A stretch of DNA of 64,000 bases from Narcine bancroftii (GCF_036971445.1 NC_091469.1:116436001-116500000); one strand, 5' to 3'. Counted from the first letter of the stretch, positions 10,265-25,218 are shown. Program-made: numbers and translations. Notes: generated from the letters alone by a model not told the origin.

Positions 10265-12610
10265 AACCATAACCATATAACCACTTACAGCACAGAACAG
10301 GCCAGTTCGGCCCTACTAGTCCATGCCGTAACAAATCCCCACCCTCCTAGTCCCACTGACCAGCACCTGGTCCATACCCCTCCAGTCCTCTCCTATCCAT
10401 GTAACTATCCAGTCTTTCCTTAAATGTAACCAATGATCCCGCCTTGACCACGTCTGTCGGAAGCTCATTCCACATCCCTACTACCCTTTGCGTAAAGAAA
10501 TTTCCCCTCATGTTCCCCTTATAATTTTCCTCCTTCAATCTTAAACCATGCCCTCTAGTTTGAATCTCCCCCACTCTTAATTGAAAAAGCCTATCCATGT
10601 TGACTTTCTCTGTCCCTTTTAAAATCTTAAACACCTCTATTAAGTCCCCTCTCAATCTTCTACGCTCCAGAGAAAAAAGCCCCAGTCTGCACAACCTTTC
10701 CCTGTAACTCAAACCTTGAAATCCTGTCAACATTCTCGTGAACCTTCTCTGCACTCTCTCTATTTTGTTTATATCTTTCCTATAATTTGGTGACCAAAAC
10801 TGTACACAGTACTCCAAATTCAGCCTCACCAATGCCTTGTACAATTTCATCATAACCTCCCTACTCTTGAATTCAATACTCCGATTTATGAAGGCCAACA
10901 TTTCAAATGCCTTCTTCACCACACCATCTACCTGAGTATCAGCCTTGAGGGTACTATTTACCACAACTCCTAAATCCCTTTGTTGCTCTGCACATCTCAA
11001 TAGCCTACCATTTAATGCATATGACCTATTTAGATTTGCCTTTCCAAAATGTAACACCTCACACTTATCTGTATTAAATTCCATCAGCCATTTCTGAGCC
11101 CACACCTCCAGCCTTCCTAAATCACCTTTTAATCTACGGTAATTTTCCTCACTGTCCACAACACCACCAATCTTTGTATCATCCGCAAACTTGCTTATCC
11201 AATTCTCCACCCGTACTTCCAGATCGTTAATATATAACAAATAGTGGACCCAGGATCAATCCCTGAGGAACTCCACTAGTCACCGGCCTCCAATTGGACA
11301 AACAATTTTCTACCACTACTCTCTGACACCTCCCATCCAACCATTGCTGAATCCATTTCACTACCTCCTTATTTATACCTAATGCCTCCACCTTTTTTCC
11401 TAACCTCCTGTGGGGAACTTTGTCAAAAGCTTTACTAAAGTCTAAATAGACAACATCCACAGCTTTCCCTTCATCCCCCTCGAAAAACTCAATCAGGTTT
11501 GTCAAGCATGATCTACCCCTGACAAAAAGCAATCCCTGTACCTCCAAATATTTGTAAATACCATCCCTCAGAACACTTTCCATCAACTTGCCCACCAGAC
11601 GTCAGACTCACGGGCCTAAAATTCCCAGGTTTACATTTAGACCCTTTCTTAAACAGCGGAACCACATGCGCCACCCTCCAATCCTTTGGCACTACCCCCG
11701 TGGCCAGTGACATCCTAAATATCTCTGTGAATGGCCCCACTATCTGTCCACTAGCCTCCCTGAGTGTCCTTGGGAATATTTTGTCGGGTCCTGGAGGTTT
11801 ATCCACCTTTATCTTTTTCAACACAGCCATCACTACCTCCTCGGTTATCCTTATATGCTTCATTACCTCCCCACTATTTTTCTTTACCTCAACTGGTTCA
11901 ATATTTTTTTCCCTAGCAAAATCATTCAAAATTTCCCCCATTTCCTCTGACTTCTCACTCAGCCTACCCTCGCTATCTACAAGGGGTCCAATTTTATCAC
12001 TCACTAATCTTTTACTTTTAATGTACTTATAGAAACCCTTTGGATTTATTTTTACTCTGTCTGCCAAAGCCTCTTCGTGCCTTTTTTTGGCCTTTCTAAT
12101 TTCTTTAAGATTCCTTCTACACTCCTTGTAGTCCTCCTTCAAATTGTCAGCTCCCTGTTCTTTATACCTTTTGTACACCTCCCTTTTTCTCCTAACCAAA
12201 TTTCCAATATTCCTCGAAAACCAAGCCTCCCTATGACTTCCAGCCTTTCCTTTGATCCTCACTGGGACATAACTACTCTGTACCCTCAAAATTTCTTTTT
12301 TGAATATCCTCCATTTTTCATTTACACCCTCACCTGAAAATATCCTGTCCCACTCAATACTCCCCAAATCCCTTCTTATTCCTTCGAAATTTGCTCAGAA
12401 CCTCAACTTTAGGCCCCTCCTTGCTCTTCCCTAAAACTACCTTAAAATTAACAGAATTATGATCACTAGACCCAATTGGATCTCCAACATTAATGTCTGA
12501 TACCTGACCTAGCTCGTTCCCTAACAGGAGATCCAGTATTACACTGTCCTGAGTCGGTTCTTCTAATTGATTCAGAAAACAATCTTGAACACATTTAATG
12601 AACTCTAGCT
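10265..12610 (-). mobile_element. CR1 LINE, 5'-truncated, fairly young, frameshifted ORF2
   Basis: ORFs 11513..12367, 11227..11595 and 10347..11240 carry RT motifs YLDFSKAFDKV, GVPQG, KFADDTK; TATGGTTA-type 3' tail at ~10265. Confidence 0.95.
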
Positions 12611-15036
12611 TTTTTAAAAAAATATTTTTTTTTTTTTTTTAAATCGCACTTGACAATAAGTCATGACACATACCATTTTCCACCTCAGAAAATGATACTG
12701 AAATTCATCAACTTTAAGTTTTTCAATGTAGCCTTTCATCAAAGAATGTTTGAAAAATATGCCTCACCTTATCTTCATTTACAATCTTCACAATGCATCT
12801 TTTGTATCTTTACTTCTTCCATTCCCAATCCTGTGAACTTTAAACCATTATCTGACATTTAAACTTTCCTAACAAGACTTGAGATTTCATTCCTTCCTCT
12901 CCTACTCACCTTCTTGACAATTTAGATATTTGTGCTTAAACTTTTTCCAGTTCTAATGAACCGGTCACCTGAAAGTTAACCCCCTTCATATTTAAAAACA
13001 AAATTCTAATTTTGTGCACATGAACAGTACTGTAATTTCTTTATAGCTTTCAGAAGACAATTATGAAGCATTAGCTCTAATTGTCTGGATGACAGCAGCT
13101 CCAACAACACTCACAAGAGCTTGGAATCATTCTGATCAGCCCACTATATTTATTTTGTATTAATCACCCTATAATATCAGTTCCTCCTATCACTGCCATC
13201 GACAAAATGCACTTGAGTTAGTTAACCATAATATTTCAACAGCATTGCACAAGCTCTCCCAGAAGTGTGTACTACCACATGCAGGTTCCATTGGATCCCC
13301 ATTGGATTAGCTCCCTGTTCTTTTATTGTTGTTGGATGCACATTATGGAATTCTCTGTCCAAAAGGAAAGCTATTTTTCAAAAAAGCTCAGGATATTTAG
13401 GGATAGGGAATAAATGCTGGCTTTCTGTTTTTCCAAAAATAAGTCCAGGAACATAATCTAAAACAAGAAACAGAGTCAATGGTAATACACAAATGCTTTG
13501 GAGAAACTCAGCAAGTCACACAGCATCCAGAGAAAGAAACCTGATGAAGGGCCCAGGCCTTAAATGTTACTTACCCTTTTCTTCCTATGGAAGCTGTGTG
13601 ATCTGCTGAGTTCCTTCAGCACGTTTGTGCATTCCAGTAACATAATGATATTTCTATATTTATTTTAGGTGGAAAGGCTTATACCCTGTGCTCTGATGTA
13701 ACGATCATAAAATGGAGTGAGTGAATTACAGTAAAGTCCTTAATACACAAAGAAATATGAAATTAATATAGTCTATTTTCTTCCAACTCATTTTATAGTT
13801 GAAAATTATCCCTGATAGAGGGAAATAAGAGTCTGCAAATGGTTGGTGGGACTGATTAGAGGAAGCTGCAGATGGTTGTATTCTATGAATTATATCTTTA
13901 TATTGTCAAGAGTAAGATTCAATTTGTCATGGCAATTTCAATCTCTAATTAAAAATTTTTCCTTGTTGAAGTACTCATGGTTGTAAATTGAATAAATAGA
14001 TTAAAGTGAATCATAAGTACACTAGTTCCTAAATAAACTTGGTCCAGTTGACTTAACAATACTTTGAAATAAGAGTGTCTAAAGTGACACCCTTATTATT
14101 TATCAAGAAATAACAATTACATTTAGAGATTAAATTACAAAAAAAATACAATGTTCTGCATCATAGTTTTTAAGCTTTCAAAATTTTTCAACTTTTCTTT
14201 AGATATTTGTATGAAATGACCAAGTACAAAATACTAAATTTGAATGAATGCTCAGATAGTATAAAAGTTTTAAACAAAGATTTTGTCACCAATATAACAT
14301 TTACATAAAGTTAATATTGTTTTTCAACATCCAGGTGTATGTTACCAGCCAGTTAAATCAGACAGAATAATGAGTTTGATGGATCAAGTGTATCCATTAT
14401 ATATGCCACTGAGCTCAAGTTTGATCAGAAATGGTGGGGACCATCAATGAAGACTTCAATTTACCCACATCCTCCAAAAATAAACACTTCGAAACAAATG
14501 GTACTTACAACAAAGCAAAGCTCTGATAGTACTGCCCCGAAATACCCGTTTCTATTTTCAGCTGAGGTCTAAGAAATTCGACTTAAACTCTAACTTCTAA
14601 TTCAAGGGACAGTACTACCCAATGAATAATGGGTGAAGAATTGGTTAGTTGAGCCAATATCAGAAAGTTCACTATCATCAATCCCATTATTTCAATATGT
14701 ACAACCAAGTCCTATTGTTTGGTTTTCTCATTTTTAAGTGCATTTACCCAAGAGAGTCTATTTAGTTTCTTCAAAACAGATAGAAAGTGCATCAGTAAAT
14801 GACAAGTAGTGTTTTTTTTAAATCCTTTACCAGCTTCAGCAATATTGACTTGCACACCTTGGTTTAATAGCAAAATCATGTGCAATAACTAATATACAAT
14901 TCTGTCCCAAGATACTTAATAAATACATCTCTGTATTGCCCAAATGATTTTTTTAATGATTTCTACTGCTTAAAATACCAGTTCATTTCCATAATGATAA
15001 TAATAATTGAGAAGCAGCTATCTCAGCATATTAGTT

Positions 15037-15042
15037 TTTATT
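15037..15042 (-). terminator. AK6: Candidate AK6 polyadenylation signal AATAAA
   Basis: First AATAAA on the minus strand, ~50 nt after the stop codon. Confidence 0.4.
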
Positions 15043-15093
15043 CGTGCCAGCAACCCATCTTCTAAACACAAGACGCTCCTTAATTGCCAGCAT

Positions 15094-15312
<219 letters not shown>

Positions 15313-15579
15313 TCACGAGCACCTTTTTTGAACATTACATAGTTTCATTAATAGGTGAAAAGCAACACGAATACATCAAAATGCATCATAAATAACTCCT
15401 TTTATTAGAAAGTAAAATACAAAATTATAGTTTAAAAAGGAATATTTTAATTAATTTCAAGATCATGTTTTCTCAAAATAATTTAACCATATATTTCAAT
15501 TAATTATAAAATTGATTTTACATGGGTAATTAAATATCAGATATTGGTCTATATCAGTCAAACTTTATCAGTCCCACCA

Positions 15580-15709
15580 ACCATTTTCAAACTTTTTCTT
15601 TCCACTCACATACCACCTTAAGTAATTTCTTACTAATCACAGAGAATCTATGGCATAGGGATTACTTAAAGTGGTTTGTGAGTGGAAAGAAAAAGTTTGA
15701 AAACCACTG
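15580..15709. mobile_element. Single palindromic hAT-MITE monomer
   Basis: Same hairpin unit (ttccactcacataccacc...gagtggaaagaaaaagtttgaaaaccactg) as each half of the composite MITEs at 20574, 24423 and 56400. Confidence 0.65.
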
Positions 15710-16344
15710 GTTCAGACTAACAAGTGGCAAACTGAATTCTTAACCTAGAATCATTCAACCCTGTCACTTCAGTATGGAATCTTCATGATTCCATTATAGG
15801 AAGGTGGATCAATCAAAATATTTATCAAACACTGTAAATTTTCCTTTAATCCAAATGGAACAGCATGAGCAATAGCTGTGAAGATATTAGTTACCACTTT
15901 GCCTTCCAAACCGAATAAATCTCACATTTCTAGATCTATTAGTTTCAACTGTTGAGATGAACATAATTCAGGATTATCTAATCTATGACATGTGAATTGA
16001 TCTTTCTTAATTTGAAAAATAATTGCGCATCAGGGATTTTGCAATAGCAAAAGGAAGTGTTAAACAGATAATTTCTAATTAATAACCCCAAAGATGTACA
16101 TGTGGATATTGAGTTAAAGCAAAACTTGGTTGTTCCATACATTGAATTAATTTCTTCTGACAATTGTTATTGTGCCTCACAAATAAATAGTGGGGCCTCT
16201 GGACAAAGTACAAGAGGAAACCACTGCCACATCCTTGTCTCACTTTTCTCAACAGCATCCTGAAGATCAGCTCACCTAACGGGTTTAAGAGAATTAGCAC
16301 CAAGCAATTTTGGAAACAGCATTTTAGATAAATAGACATGCTCA

Positions 16345-16584
<240 letters not shown>

Positions 16585-16802
16585 TCATTACCAGTTCACC
16601 CCAATTTGCAATGAGCAAACGCATGTTCTAAACAAGCCCAGCCAATAAAGTGGTTTATTCAAAAATGTTCAACAGAATTATGGAAAATGCATCACCACAG
16701 ATCCACAGGAAACTGAATTGTCACAGCCTCAGTTAGGGTTCAAACTAGAGACATTAACCATTTTAGTTTTGTTAATGCTTTACGTTTTATGGAAAGTGAT
16801 AG

Positions 16803-17305
16803 TGTTACGAGCCCAGAGAACCCCAAAACCCAGCAGCAATAGATATTCACCAAGACAAATGGTTACTTAAACAAAAGTTGCTTTTAATTATCTTTAAATA
16901 TGAAAACAGGATTAAACTCTTAACTTATCACTATTAACTTAATTTAACCCCCTTCTAATCTAAGGGCACGTGTATGTAATGTGTGTGTAAGTTTAGAAAA
17001 ATTCTTTGATTCACAGTCCAATCTCACTTCAAATTCCTCCAAGTTCACTGGTTGCAGTTAATTCTTATACTGTGCACAGAATTTAATATTTATAAAGATC
17101 ACCAGGCTTTGGTGCTTGAAAGGTAAATGGTTACCGCTCAGGAAGGTTTTTGTAAGTTTTCAGAGATTCATTGTACGCTGACACCCACAACTGATTCCTT
17201 TTTTAAAATCAGTCACTTCAGTGTCTTGCGAAGAAACTTGCCCCATCAGGGTTTTCTAGATGATAACCTCTTTCTTTCAGGTCATCACAGAGTTCCTTTT
17301 TGGAA
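16803..17305 (+). mobile_element. LTR family A, 3'-truncated copy
   Basis: Starts tgttacgagcccagagaaccccaaaacccagc; colinear with the 33646 copy until the CR1 begins. Confidence 0.75.
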
Positions 17306-17309
17306 ATAA

Positions 17310-20230
17310 ATAGTGGCCATAGTAACAATTGTAGAGAGGGTTAGAGGCAGAAAGTTAAATGTGAAAGATCTCTGAGATGCACTTGTTTCAATGCAAAGAG
17401 TGTGGTAAACAAGGTGGATGAACTAATGGTGTGGATTGACATGTGGCGTTATGATGTGATAGCAATTTGTGAGACATGGTTGAAGATAGGTTGTGACTGG
17501 CAGTTAAATATTCCGGGATTTTGCTGCTTTAGACGTGACAGAATTGGCAGGGCACGAGGGGGAGGTGTGGCGTTGCTTGTCAGGGAAGATATTACAGCGG
17601 TGCTGAGGCAAGACAGACTGAAGGACTCATCGCGAGAGGCTCTGTGGGTTGAACTAAAAAATAACAAAGGTGAGGCTACAAATAAAGGGGTATATTATAG
17701 GCTGCCAAAAGAGGATAGGGAACTGGAAGGGAAATAGCTGAAATAGAGATGTGTAGTCGAAATAGGGTTGGGATAGTTGGGGATTTCAATATTCCTAACA
17801 TTGATTGAGAAACACAATCAGTGAGAGGACAGGACGGCTTAGACTTTGTACAATGTGTTCACGATTGCTTTTTACAGCAGCAGTTGAGGGGAGGCAGTAT
17901 TAGATCTATTGTAAGGGTCGGAATAGAGCAGGTGACAGAAGTGTGCGTTGGTGAGAACTTTGGTTCCAGTGATTATGGGTCCATTAGCTTCAACTTAAAT
18001 ATGGAAAAGGATAGGTCAAGTCTGAGGTTGAAAGTCTTTGAGTGGGGGAAGGCCAGATTTGAAGAAATGAGAAAGGATTTGCAGAAAATTATATGGGCTG
18101 ATCTTTTTTCTGGAAAGGATTGAGGAGATTTGGAGGGTATTTAAAGAAGAGATATTGAGAGTACAGGATCTTTACGTGCCAGTTAGATCGAAAGGCAAGG
18201 CCAAAAGCTGAAGAGAACCATAATTTTCTGGAAAAATTAGGAAGTTGGTTCGGGATAAGAGGGGAGCATTTACTAAATTTAAGAAGCAAAAAATGGATAA
18301 GATGTATGATTATTACATAGATTGCAGAAAAAACCTGAAGAAGGAAATTAGAAAGGCAAAAAGAAGGTATGAGGTGTCAATAGCTGATAAAGTAAAAGTG
18401 AATCCTAAGGGTTTTTATAGATATGTGAATAGTAAAAGGAGGGTTAAGGATAGAATAGGACCGCTGGAAAATGAGAACCGTGAACTGTGTGAGGAACCAT
18501 ATCAGATGGAAGAGATATTAAACGATTTTTTCTCATCTGTGTTCACAAAGGAAAAGGTCATTGGACTATGTGAGATAAGTGAGGCAAATGGCTTAGTTAT
18601 GGAAAAGGTAGGGATTAGAAAAGAGAGGGTTTTGGAGCTGCTAGGGTCAGTAAAAGTGGATAAGTCTCCTGGTCCTGATGGGATTTTCACCAGGACATTA
18701 AGGGAGGTCAGGGAGCAAATAGCGAAGCCATTGACAGTGATTTTTTACTGATCACTGGAGGAGGGTGTGGTGCCGTGGGATTGGAGGGTTGCTAATGTAG
18801 TTCTGTTGTTTAAAAAGGCACGAGGTGTCGGCCAAGTAATTATAGGCTTGTAATCTTGACTTCGGTGGTAGGGAAAGTTATGGAGGTTATTCTTAGAGAT
18901 GGTGTGTATACATATTTAGATAAACAGGGATTGATCAGGAGCACCCAGCATTGGTTTGTGAAGGGGCAGTCATTTTTGACGAACCTTGTTGAGTTTTTCG
19001 AAGAAATGACAAGAAAGGTGGATGAAGGTAGGGCAGTTTATGTAGTCTATCTGGATTTTAGCAAAGCTTTTGATAAGGTTCCACATGAAAAGTTAGTAAG
19101 GAAGGTTCAGTCACTAGGGATTAATAGAGAAATAGTAAGATGTGTTCAGAGGTGGCTGGAGGAGAGACAGCAGAGGATCATGGTGGACAACTGTCTGTCA
19201 GGATGGAAACCTGTGACGAGCGGAGTGCCTCAAGGATCAGTGCTTGTTACTCTGTGGTTCATAATTTATATTAATGATTTAGATGATGAGGTGGTTAACT
19301 AGGTAAGTAGTAAATATGCAGACGATAGAAAACAGGGGGAGTGGTGGATAGCGAGGAAGGTTTTCAGGGATTACAGATGGATTTGGTTTGTCTGGAAAAT
19401 TAGGCTGAAAGATGGCAGATGGAATTTAATGTGCAGAAGTGTGAGGTGTTTCATTTCAGAAAAAATAATCAAAAGACATATTTAGTAAAGAGGAGAACAT
19501 TGGGGAATGCACAAGAACAAAGAGATCTTGGAGTTATTGTGCATCATTCCTTGAAGATGGATTCCCATGTTGACAGGGTGGTTAAGAAGGCATTTAGTAT
19601 GTTAGCCTTCATAAATCATAGCATAGAGTATAGGAGCTGGGAAGTGATGCTGCGACTGTTTAAAGCATTGGTGAGGCCAGGTTCAGAGTACTGTGTTCAG
19701 TTCTGGTCTCCAAATTATAGGAAGGATATAGATAAGGTGAAGAGGGTGCAGAGAAGATTTACAAGGATGTTGCCTGGCTTAAAATACCAAGAGTAAAGAG
19801 AAAGATTGAAGAGGTTAGGACTTTATTCAGTGGAATGTAGACAGTTGAGAGGGGATTTGATAGAGGTGTTTAAAATTATGAAGGGAATAGATAGACTAGA
19901 TGCAAGTAGACTCTTCCCCCTGAGAGCAGGGGAGGTTGAAACAAGTGGACACGTTGAGGGTCGGGGGCAAAATTTTAGGAGAAACTTTAGAGGATGCTTC
20001 TTCACTCAGAGAGTGGTGGCTGAATGGAATAATCTTCTGGAGGAAATAGTTGAGGCAGAGTCAATTCTTTCATTTAAGAGGAGGCTGGATATACATGGAT
20101 AGGAGGGGGTTGGAGGGTTATGGGCGGAGAATAGGAGGGGGGGATCTAGCAGAGTTGTTTGAGTGAACCGGCGTGGACTTGAAGGGCCGAGATGGCCTGT
20201 TTCCATGCCATAACCTGTTATATGGTTATA
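17310..20230 (+). mobile_element. CR1 LINE, near-complete ORF2 (APE + RT), disrupted
   Basis: CFNAKSVVNK...ICETW endonuclease, YLDFSKAFDKV/GVPQG RT, stops and frameshifts, TATGGTTATA tail. Confidence 0.95.
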
Positions 20231-20573
20231 CAAGGCTGATGCCCCACAGTGAAAATCATGAAATAATATTCAACATGCAGATGAAAAGTGGATAGAACAA
20301 ACCAGAGATAACCTTGTTAAAAAATTTGTTAAAAATCATCATATGTTGAAGCTTAAAACTCACCAAAAATAAATAAAATAACAAAAATTAAACAAAACTT
20401 TAACTTCAGGTTTAACTCCACTGAGGTGGTTGTACAATAGAGACATTTAAAAGACAGACAGGTTCATGATTGCAAGAAAACTAGAGAGTTATGGGTGAGA
20501 AGGAGGGAAGGTTTAGATTGATGAGTAGGTTCACATAGGCCAGCACAACATCGTGGGCCAAAATGGCCTATAC

Positions 20574-20936
20574 CAGTGGACTCAACCTTTTTCTTTCCAC
20601 TCACATACCACTTTACGTAATCCCTATGCTATAAGTGCTCTGTGATTAGTAAGGGATTGCTTAAGGTGGCATGTGGGTGGAAAGAAAAAGTTTTGAAAAC
20701 CACTGTTTTAATCATATCTAATTGACTCATTATGTGCACAGCTTCATAACTCCAAAGGAAATGGGCTAATAACAATTTTTCTCAAGCAAAATACTTCAGT
20801 AGCAATTGGGTCTAGATTCTCACCCTTCCCATTCACATCCCACCTTAAGCAATCCCTTACTAATCACAGAGCACCAAAGGCATAGGGATTATGTAAAGTG
20901 GCATGTGAGCAGAAAGAAAAAGGTTGAGAACCACTG
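20574..20936. mobile_element. Composite hAT MITE with 8-bp TSD GCCTATAC
   Basis: TIRs CAGTGG..CTCAACC / GGTTGAGAACCACTG; perfect TSD at 20566-20573 and 20937-20944. Confidence 0.85.
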
Positions 20937-21137
20937 GCCTATACTTTGATGTTCTATGAAATTAAGGAAACAACTGAAAAGTGTTTTATGATTTTGCATT
21001 CCAAGCATATGCAAATAAAGTTACATTTGAATGTGAATAAATCAGCCCTTGAACAGAAAATAAATGGACGAAAGAATTCAATGCATTCAAAAATTTTCAA
21101 TTTGTTTGAGAGCATCATTTTAGACTACAATACTCAC

Positions 21138-21196
21138 CCCATCTTCATCCAGAAAGGGACATGAATATTCTTCATCAAAGCCTTCATAAAGCTGAC
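21138..21196 (-). CDS. AK6: AK6 coding exon 3: GQLYEGFDEEYSCPFLDEDG
   Basis: 59 nt, caag|...|gtgag boundaries, phases fit exons 2 and 4; not in the ORF track, read manually. Confidence 0.93.
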
Positions 21197-21905
21197 CTTG
21201 GTTTTAAAAAAAATTAGAAAAATTGATTTACATCTCTCTTTTGACCAGAAATATCAATTCTGAGAAAACCACAGATAAAATCACAAATATTAAACACAGA
21301 TTGATACACAGAATCAGGAAAAATACCACAAAATAGTTCCATCACTTTCCATAGATTTTTCAAAATCTAAATGCATGATGTCTCTTTTTTGTCAAGTTTA
21401 AAGAAGAAAAACAATCAACAAAATGAAAGAAATTAGGCAATTGCTTCAAAAACCAATTGTGTATTTCTGGACAAGCATTTCATCACTTTCCACTTTCACT
21501 AACATTTGGCAATCTAAAATTACAGATTTGATCAATATCAAAGTTAGTACGTAAAAAGGGTAACAAAAACATTAAAAGCAATTTGCCCAAGTATTGTAAA
21601 TTTTTTCCATAAATTATGAAAATTCAGTGGAAAGTTAATATTTTAATTTAATAAAGGAGCTAAATTATGATAAACAACATTCACTAACACTAGTTTAATT
21701 TGCAGAAAATTAGTTAAAGCTTGAATACATTTGTGTTGCAATATTAATCTCTCTTTTTAACTAGGTTTTGCAAGGATAATACTGTTAAGAGATATAAATT
21801 TTTAAAAATAGATTGCTGTCAAATAGTTTAATAAATGAAGCATACAAAATTCAGGTAAGATGGTTACAAAACTCTTATCCAGTAATTTGCTGATTAATAT
21901 TTTCA

Positions 21906-22058
<153 letters not shown>

Positions 22059-22155
22059 TTAAACCATCTGTGTGGAAAGTGAGCCTCAGCAAATCCATTC
22101 TTGGCGCATACCTTGACAAAGGGCTCAGGCTCAAAACGTCAGTTACCCATTACAT

Positions 22156-24265
22156 TGTCACAGTCGTGTACTTAACTACCTCAGGAGTGGTGCCTGTCAC
22201 CACTGATGATATGTGATGCAACGAACGGGAATAATAATGTGCATACACAGTGCATTAAGCGTCAGTACACAGGTGATGGATCTCGGACGCAGAAGGAGAG
22301 TGAGAGCATCAGAATCACCCATGTGGTGGAGTGCCAATGAGAAGGTCAGAGGGGTTTGGATGGGTGGTCTTTGGGGAGTTGAAGAAGGCAGTGTAGGATC
22401 TTAATCAACTCCTTATTTTTTAAAAAGAATCGAGTGTATTCTTTAATTGTGTGGAAACTGGGTAACTCAGAGCTGTTACAAGTGGCGATCCCGTGAGTTC
22501 ATGGCACTTTCCAGTTTAAAATGGATAGTATTGAGAATAAACCCCTTACAGGAGCAGGTCAGGGAGGTCAAATTGAAGATACTCCCTCCCCCCCTTTTAT
22601 TAATAATGCTCTGTGTGGATCACGATTCTCGATGCGCGTTTCTCCGCCCCAGGTGAGTCAAGTCAGAAGATGAAATATGGTTTACTTGTGGCGTGTCTTC
22701 CAGAGCAGATTGCCTGTGAAGTGAAGGATGTTTTAGTGCTTCCAGATGATAATCTCCCAAACAACATCATTAAGGCTGCTATTCTGTGGCGCACTCAGCC
22801 ACTTAGGGAGACTCATTTTGCCGAATTACCAGCTGATAACAGCCTAGGCAATAGGCAACCGTCACAGATGTTGAGGAGATGGCATAGGCTAGCTGGAACA
22901 GATCCTGTTAAAAGAGGATTTTTGGAAACAGAGATTCCTCCAATGTTTACCTCATCGAGTTCAAGGGCATTTGGTGAGTATCTTTCAAATGTCCACCCTT
23001 GATCAGTTGGTGGATCATGCCGACCTAGTTATGTCCATGACCTCCACAATGGAGACAGGATTGGCTTCTTCTCTTAATCAGCAGGAAAGCAGCAAACAGA
23101 TAATGGAACCTTTCATTTGCCCTTATTTGTATGGGATGTTGGATTATGGACAAGGACCTGCTTGCCATGTCAAAGCTCTAAAGTCTCTAGACACAAGAAA
23201 TCCAAGCCGGAGGATTCTGTTGTTCCAGATTCCCATTTCCATCACATGCACCTGGACTTGGTAGGCCCATTCTGACATCCCAGGGATATACTTATCTGCT
23301 AATGTGTGAGGACTGGACTATTAGGAGGCCATTCCTGTCACTGACATATCTCCAGATGCGGAGTGAACTTTTGCCCATGGTTTTCCTTGATGTGCATACT
23401 GCTGTTATGGCAGATCTTGGATGTTCAGCAGCAGAGTTACACTGACCTTGCCCGATAAGTTTGTGAATCCAAGTCCAGGGACAATGCTCGATGATCTGGC
23501 AAGTTATGTTGATTGTCTTCAGGAAATACATGAGATTACTCCAACCTACTCCTATGCAACATGCGTTGCCTGCAGTGTATGTGCCAAATGATTTACGACG
23601 CTGTACTCATGGGTTCCTCAGACATGTTGCTGTTCACAAACCATTTCAGCCCATTTATGATGGTCCTTTTCAGGTCTTACCATGCCACCCGGAGACTTTT
23701 GTGATTGACAGGAACGGAAAAAGCTGACACGGTTTCTATCAATAGATTGAAGCCGGCGAACATTGATGGTCCGTGTTCTGCATCGGGGCCAGAGTCGGAG
23801 GACTAGTCGCACCCCGCCGGATGGACTGTACATCATTTTTCTTGCAGTATCATACAATGTTAGCCCAAACTGTCAGCAAGGATAGTTCCAATAATTCAGC
23901 TCCTTGCATGGCTTGGAGGCTGAGAGGAGGGAGAGGGCTGTTGTGGTCGTGCACTGACTTGCATTGGGAGAGGTGACAGTTGCTGCTGACGACGCAAGCG
24001 AAGTGACACGCAGGAGTAATAGTGCACATGATTGGGTATGTTAGAATATGGGTGATGGATCTCAGGAGGAGAGTGAGTGAGAGCGTCAGGATCACCAGTG
24101 TGGTAGAGAGCCAGTGAGGTCCGAGGAGTTGGGTTGGGTGGTGTTTGGGGAATTGAAGAAGGCAGTGTAGGGTTTGAAGAGAATAATTACTACATTTTGT
24201 GCTGAAAGAAATGAGTGAGTGTATTCTTTAATTGTGTGCAAACTCGGTAAATCAGTGGCATTACA
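22156..24265 (+). mobile_element. Degenerate, internally deleted Gypsy LTR retrotransposon
   Basis: Diverged LTR pair 22156-22480 and 23939-24265 (TG...CA), PBS-like TGGCGA at ~22483, purine tract before the 3' LTR, gag-like ORF 22613..23002, integrase C-terminus (QPIYDGPFQV) in 23491..23727. Confidence 0.85.
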
Positions 24266-24419
24266 GCTTCCTATGGATGCGTCATGACCTCCTAAGTTTC
24301 TCCAACATTTTTGTGTATTGCCCTCAAGTATAGTATGTTCAAGGACAATTCTTGAGGAAGAAAATTGCTGTCTCTCCATGTGATCCTTCCTCTCCCCCAC
24401 CACATGCTTTTAAATCTCA

Positions 24420-24755
24420 CCTGTGGCAGTCATTTCCCCAAATTGGTATGCCATAAGTGCTGTGATTGGTAAGGGATTGCTTAAGCTGATATGTGAGTGG
24501 GAAGGTTGAGAACCACTGCTCTAGACCCAAATGTTACTGAAATATTTTGCTTGAGAAAAATTGTCATTGGTCCATTTCCTTTGGAGTTATGAAACTAATA
24601 AGTCAATTAAACAGTACGATTAAACAGTAGTTTCAAACCGTTTTCTTTCCACTCAGGTACTACCTTAAGTAATCCCTTACTAATCACAGAGCACTTATGG
24701 CATAGGATTGCTTAAGGAGGAATGTGAATTTAGGGGGGCAGTTTGAAAACCACTG
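24420..24755. mobile_element. Composite hAT MITE (opposite orientation, one end eroded)
   Basis: Same spacer as the 20574 and 56400 copies, reverse-complemented. Confidence 0.7.
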
Positions 24756-24769
24756 CTCTACTTTAACCA

Positions 24770-25218
24770 TTAGAAATAATCAGTAAATGAAGCATGCAGC
24801 AAGACCAAGTTACCATTCAGGCACACAAGTAGTGAGAGATGAGTAAAACCAATATGAAAATATGAGAGATGAAGAAAACTAGTATGGATATATGTGTAAT
24901 GAATCAAGCCAGTATGAATAGGATAAGGGTAGATAATAGAATGGAAGTAAAGTTAGTCTGAATAAGATAAGGGTCTTCTATCCAGCAAGTTCCGCATTTG
25001 TAATTAGTAAGCCGTAGACAGAATTAGCAAGTTCTACAGATAAGAGAATGTTAGGGGGGGGAGGGTACCTCTACACTGAAATGAACTGTATAAAAGTTGG
25101 GTGAGCCCCAGTATGTGTGTGTATTCCCAGGGTAAGGGGAAGCACCCAACTTTGCATTGTTGTATAATAAATGTTCTTTGTTCTCAATTTTTGTATCGAG
25201 CAAATTCTGTTTCTCACA
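24770..25218 (+). mobile_element. Probable solo LTR (different family)
   Basis: TATA-like GTATAAAAG, AATAAA and a ...TTCTCACA end; 5' boundary unclear. Confidence 0.4.
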
